This document shows positions 61,597 through 64,000 of a stretch of DNA of 64,000 bases, piece after piece (position 1 is the stretch's first letter; each line of letters opens with the position of its first letter). The position numbers and the translations under genes are program-made. Below the pieces are notes generated by a model, which had not been told where the DNA came from, ran no database searches, and saw nothing but the letters and a program-made list of their open reading frames with translations. This DNA comes from Albugo candida (lineage: Eukaryota). The stretch spans positions 1 to 64,000 of the forward strand of contig JBDOQK010000011.1 in NCBI GenBank assembly GCA_040437565.1, read 5' to 3'.

Positions 61597-64000
61597 ACTT
61601 CTCAATTTGCCGGCTATTACGTAGCCCGCCAATTTAGTACAAAAAGCTCGAAAAACAACCTCTTTCACTGTTTCCTCTCCAGAGAATGGTCAACTCGACA
61701 TATCGACACTGTTGAAAGTATTTGAATTGCACTTGTTGCAATAGAGGTAGAAGTAAAAGTATAATATATTTAGCATTAAACTTGTATGTCAACACTACAA
61801 CATGCATGTGCAACGGCATTACAAATGACATATCCCGTTTCACATGACGTCTTTCTGGTACTACGTGGTGACCGTCTCTCTTCGTCCCGTCTGTCACGTT
61901 GTCACCAAAAACAGCCGTTCAGGTGAGGTCGTACTTACCTGTGATGGGTCTTACAGTTGAATTGCAAGCACTTAATGATCTGTCAAAGCAGTATCGTCTA
62001 ACAGACACAGCCCCGGATTCTTTAGTCTACTTCTAGTGATGTGGCAACCTTTGTGAGTCACCCGGCCTTGAGTTACTGCATGATTGTTGATCAGTCATCA
62101 CCCCTATGTGATGACATGGACAGATACCCTTACCACTATCGTGACGGTACAGGGGGTAAGGGTGGTATAGATGGTACATGTGGTGCTATCACTGCCTCGT
62201 GATAGGGTGAACCACAGGCAAGTGCAAGTGTGAACTACACCAAACGTCCCACTTTAACTGAACTTATCCAATCACAGGAATCGTTGCGTAAATACAAGGC
62301 TACAGCTCAAGCGAAATCTTGCCTAGAGCTCCCAAAGCCGAAATCTTCGGATATCGAGGCTATAATGCGACTATATGCAGACGGGGAGCACCCAGAGTGG
62401 TCTTTCTAGGCTGCAAAATTGGAAGCAGCAAGAACTTCCAAATCCGGAAAGCCATCTTCCCCATGGTCTTAGAGACGGGACAGTCATTGACCCGTACTCC
62501 TTGACCTCCGTAATTCAAAACCATGGCAAATCGGTCTGTAAAAGCTTACTGGAGTGCCGATCAATCGCTCAAGTGTCCAAAAAGCCTGGGTGAAACGTCA
62601 GGGTGATGGTCACCACGGAGGATGCCTGCCAACAGCTGGAGTACCAGGTAGTGACTATCCTTATGAAGAATTGTTTTTCCGAGAGTTCGATACTCTTGAA
62701 ACAAAATACTACCTCGATGTCTTCGGAGTAGGCGTGGAGGAAGACCGAACCAACATCTTCACCTCTCTTTATAGACTGGGGTGTCAGGTGTACGATACCT
62801 TCCGCGAAATTGTTTCCACTAAACAAGTGGTGATATCGCCTTGGAGACTCTATTTTGTCTCTTCGACATGCCCCCCGCAGCTGGTTCGACTTGACAAAGG
62901 GATTGAACAAATCGCTTACGCAAACCGCTCTGCCCAGTAAGGAGAAAAATGCTCTCATTTCAACGGAATGAGCAGGTTTCGGTCAGCTTGGACCTTACTG
63001 CTTGGAGTTAAGATTCACATCAGGAGCTCCGGGAGCACACAGCAACCGTGCACAAACCATTACCAAACCCAAACAACAATCAGAAACAGTAACAAAGTCA
63101 AAAAAAGAAAAACAAAAAGAAACACGGCGACTAAGGCACTCGTGGTCACCTCAAAAAAGGTGGAGAAGATAGTTCCAAGTCAGGACTTGGAGATGAGTCA
63201 ACCGGAAAGAAAACTCTCGGACCAAATTTCGTTGGAGTTCAACTCTACTCCGAATATCACACCACCGGGCACCCCGAAACTTATGAAACCACCCTCCCAC
63301 TCCTCATACTTGAGGAAAAACTATCTCCACCCGTATTATCGGAACCAGTGGATTGGGATGGGATTATCGACATGCAGTTGGCACATTCGTGCAGTAAACG
63401 CTACCGTCTGTACCCATTTCGCCACATGGATTGAAGGCACGCCATTGTGCTCTACCTGGTTTGCTGACCAAGAATTGTTTTTCTATTCTTGCGGAAATAA
63501 AGGTGAGGATAAAGGAAGTCGAAGCGGGTGGCAACCCGGAGCGTGAGCACGGTTCCAAATGATCCCCGTGAAAGCTCGGATGCCAGAAAAGGTAGACACT
63601 TCAAAAGGGGCTGCTCATTTTTTTTGGAAACGCCACACGAAAATTAACAATGTGGCACGGCCAATCCAGGTTGGCGAGTTCGGAGAGCTAATGGAAATTG
63701 ATTTCAAAAATGCCATCCACACGGTCCGACCAGACAAGCTTACCCCAAGCCGATGCATGTATCTCTCATGTACGCAGGCTGGTACAGTTCTGTACCAGCC
63801 CGGACAAAATCATCCGGACAGCGCTTGATCATCCGAACTCAATGAGTGCTTTTCTACTTGCGTGTATGGAGTCAAATGATGTGCTTTGGATGGCGTGGCG
63901 CATCCTCTCATGATTCATAGCGTTTTTGATTTTCATGACTCGAATCAAGATGTTATGTTTGCGACAAGATGGAGTTGACATGTTGGTGAGAAGGTTCCAT
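61597..64000 (+). mobile_element. LINE 5' UTR and degenerate ORF1, continuing beyond the window
   Basis: Same 5' terminus and ORF1 start as 59690 (-). ORF1-like peptides YYLDVFG...LYRLGC...WRLYF...CPPQL, with frameshifts. The LINE assignment is from family resemblance, because no RT is linked within the window. Confidence 0.65.
61710..62003. repeat. Solo LTR (294 bp) inserted in the start of the LINE ORF1
   Basis: TGTTG...CTAACA termini with a 5-bp TSD GACAC at 61705-61709 and 62004-62008. Removing it restores colinearity with the 59596 (-) ORF1 start. Confidence 0.88.

Noticed and set aside
1-64000. CRISPR arrays, rRNA genes or prokaryotic operons
   Set aside because: No regularly spaced repeats or rRNA motifs were seen, and the sequence is eukaryotic with spliceosomal introns.

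Overview
This is eukaryotic genomic DNA, most likely an oomycete. The compact genes with short introns and the TE content suggest an Albugo-like genome, but that is an inference. It comes from a draft scaffold with fourteen ~100-N gaps, most of them flanked by artefactual duplications. Positions 1 to ~31.6 kb and ~57.6-64 kb are dense in decayed transposons: Mutator/MULE, Ty1/copia elements and solo LTRs, Tc1/mariner, L1/Tx1-like LINE relics and tRNA-derived SINEs. Positions ~31.7-57.3 kb are a gene-dense block: adenosine deaminase-like, alanine aminotransferase, PP5, PX-PH phospholipase D, a GT90 glycosyltransferase, a multi-PH/PDZ protein, a histidine acid phosphatase, ESS2/DGCR14 and an FAD-dependent oxidoreductase. 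The most unusual feature is at 7774-8196 (-). A full-length U6 snRNA copy is fused directly to the 5' end of a tRNA-headed SINE, and the fusion was inserted as one unit with a perfect 20-bp TSD. It landed in the A-box of a second SINE, which sits next to a copia element inside a MULE bounded by long TIRs.
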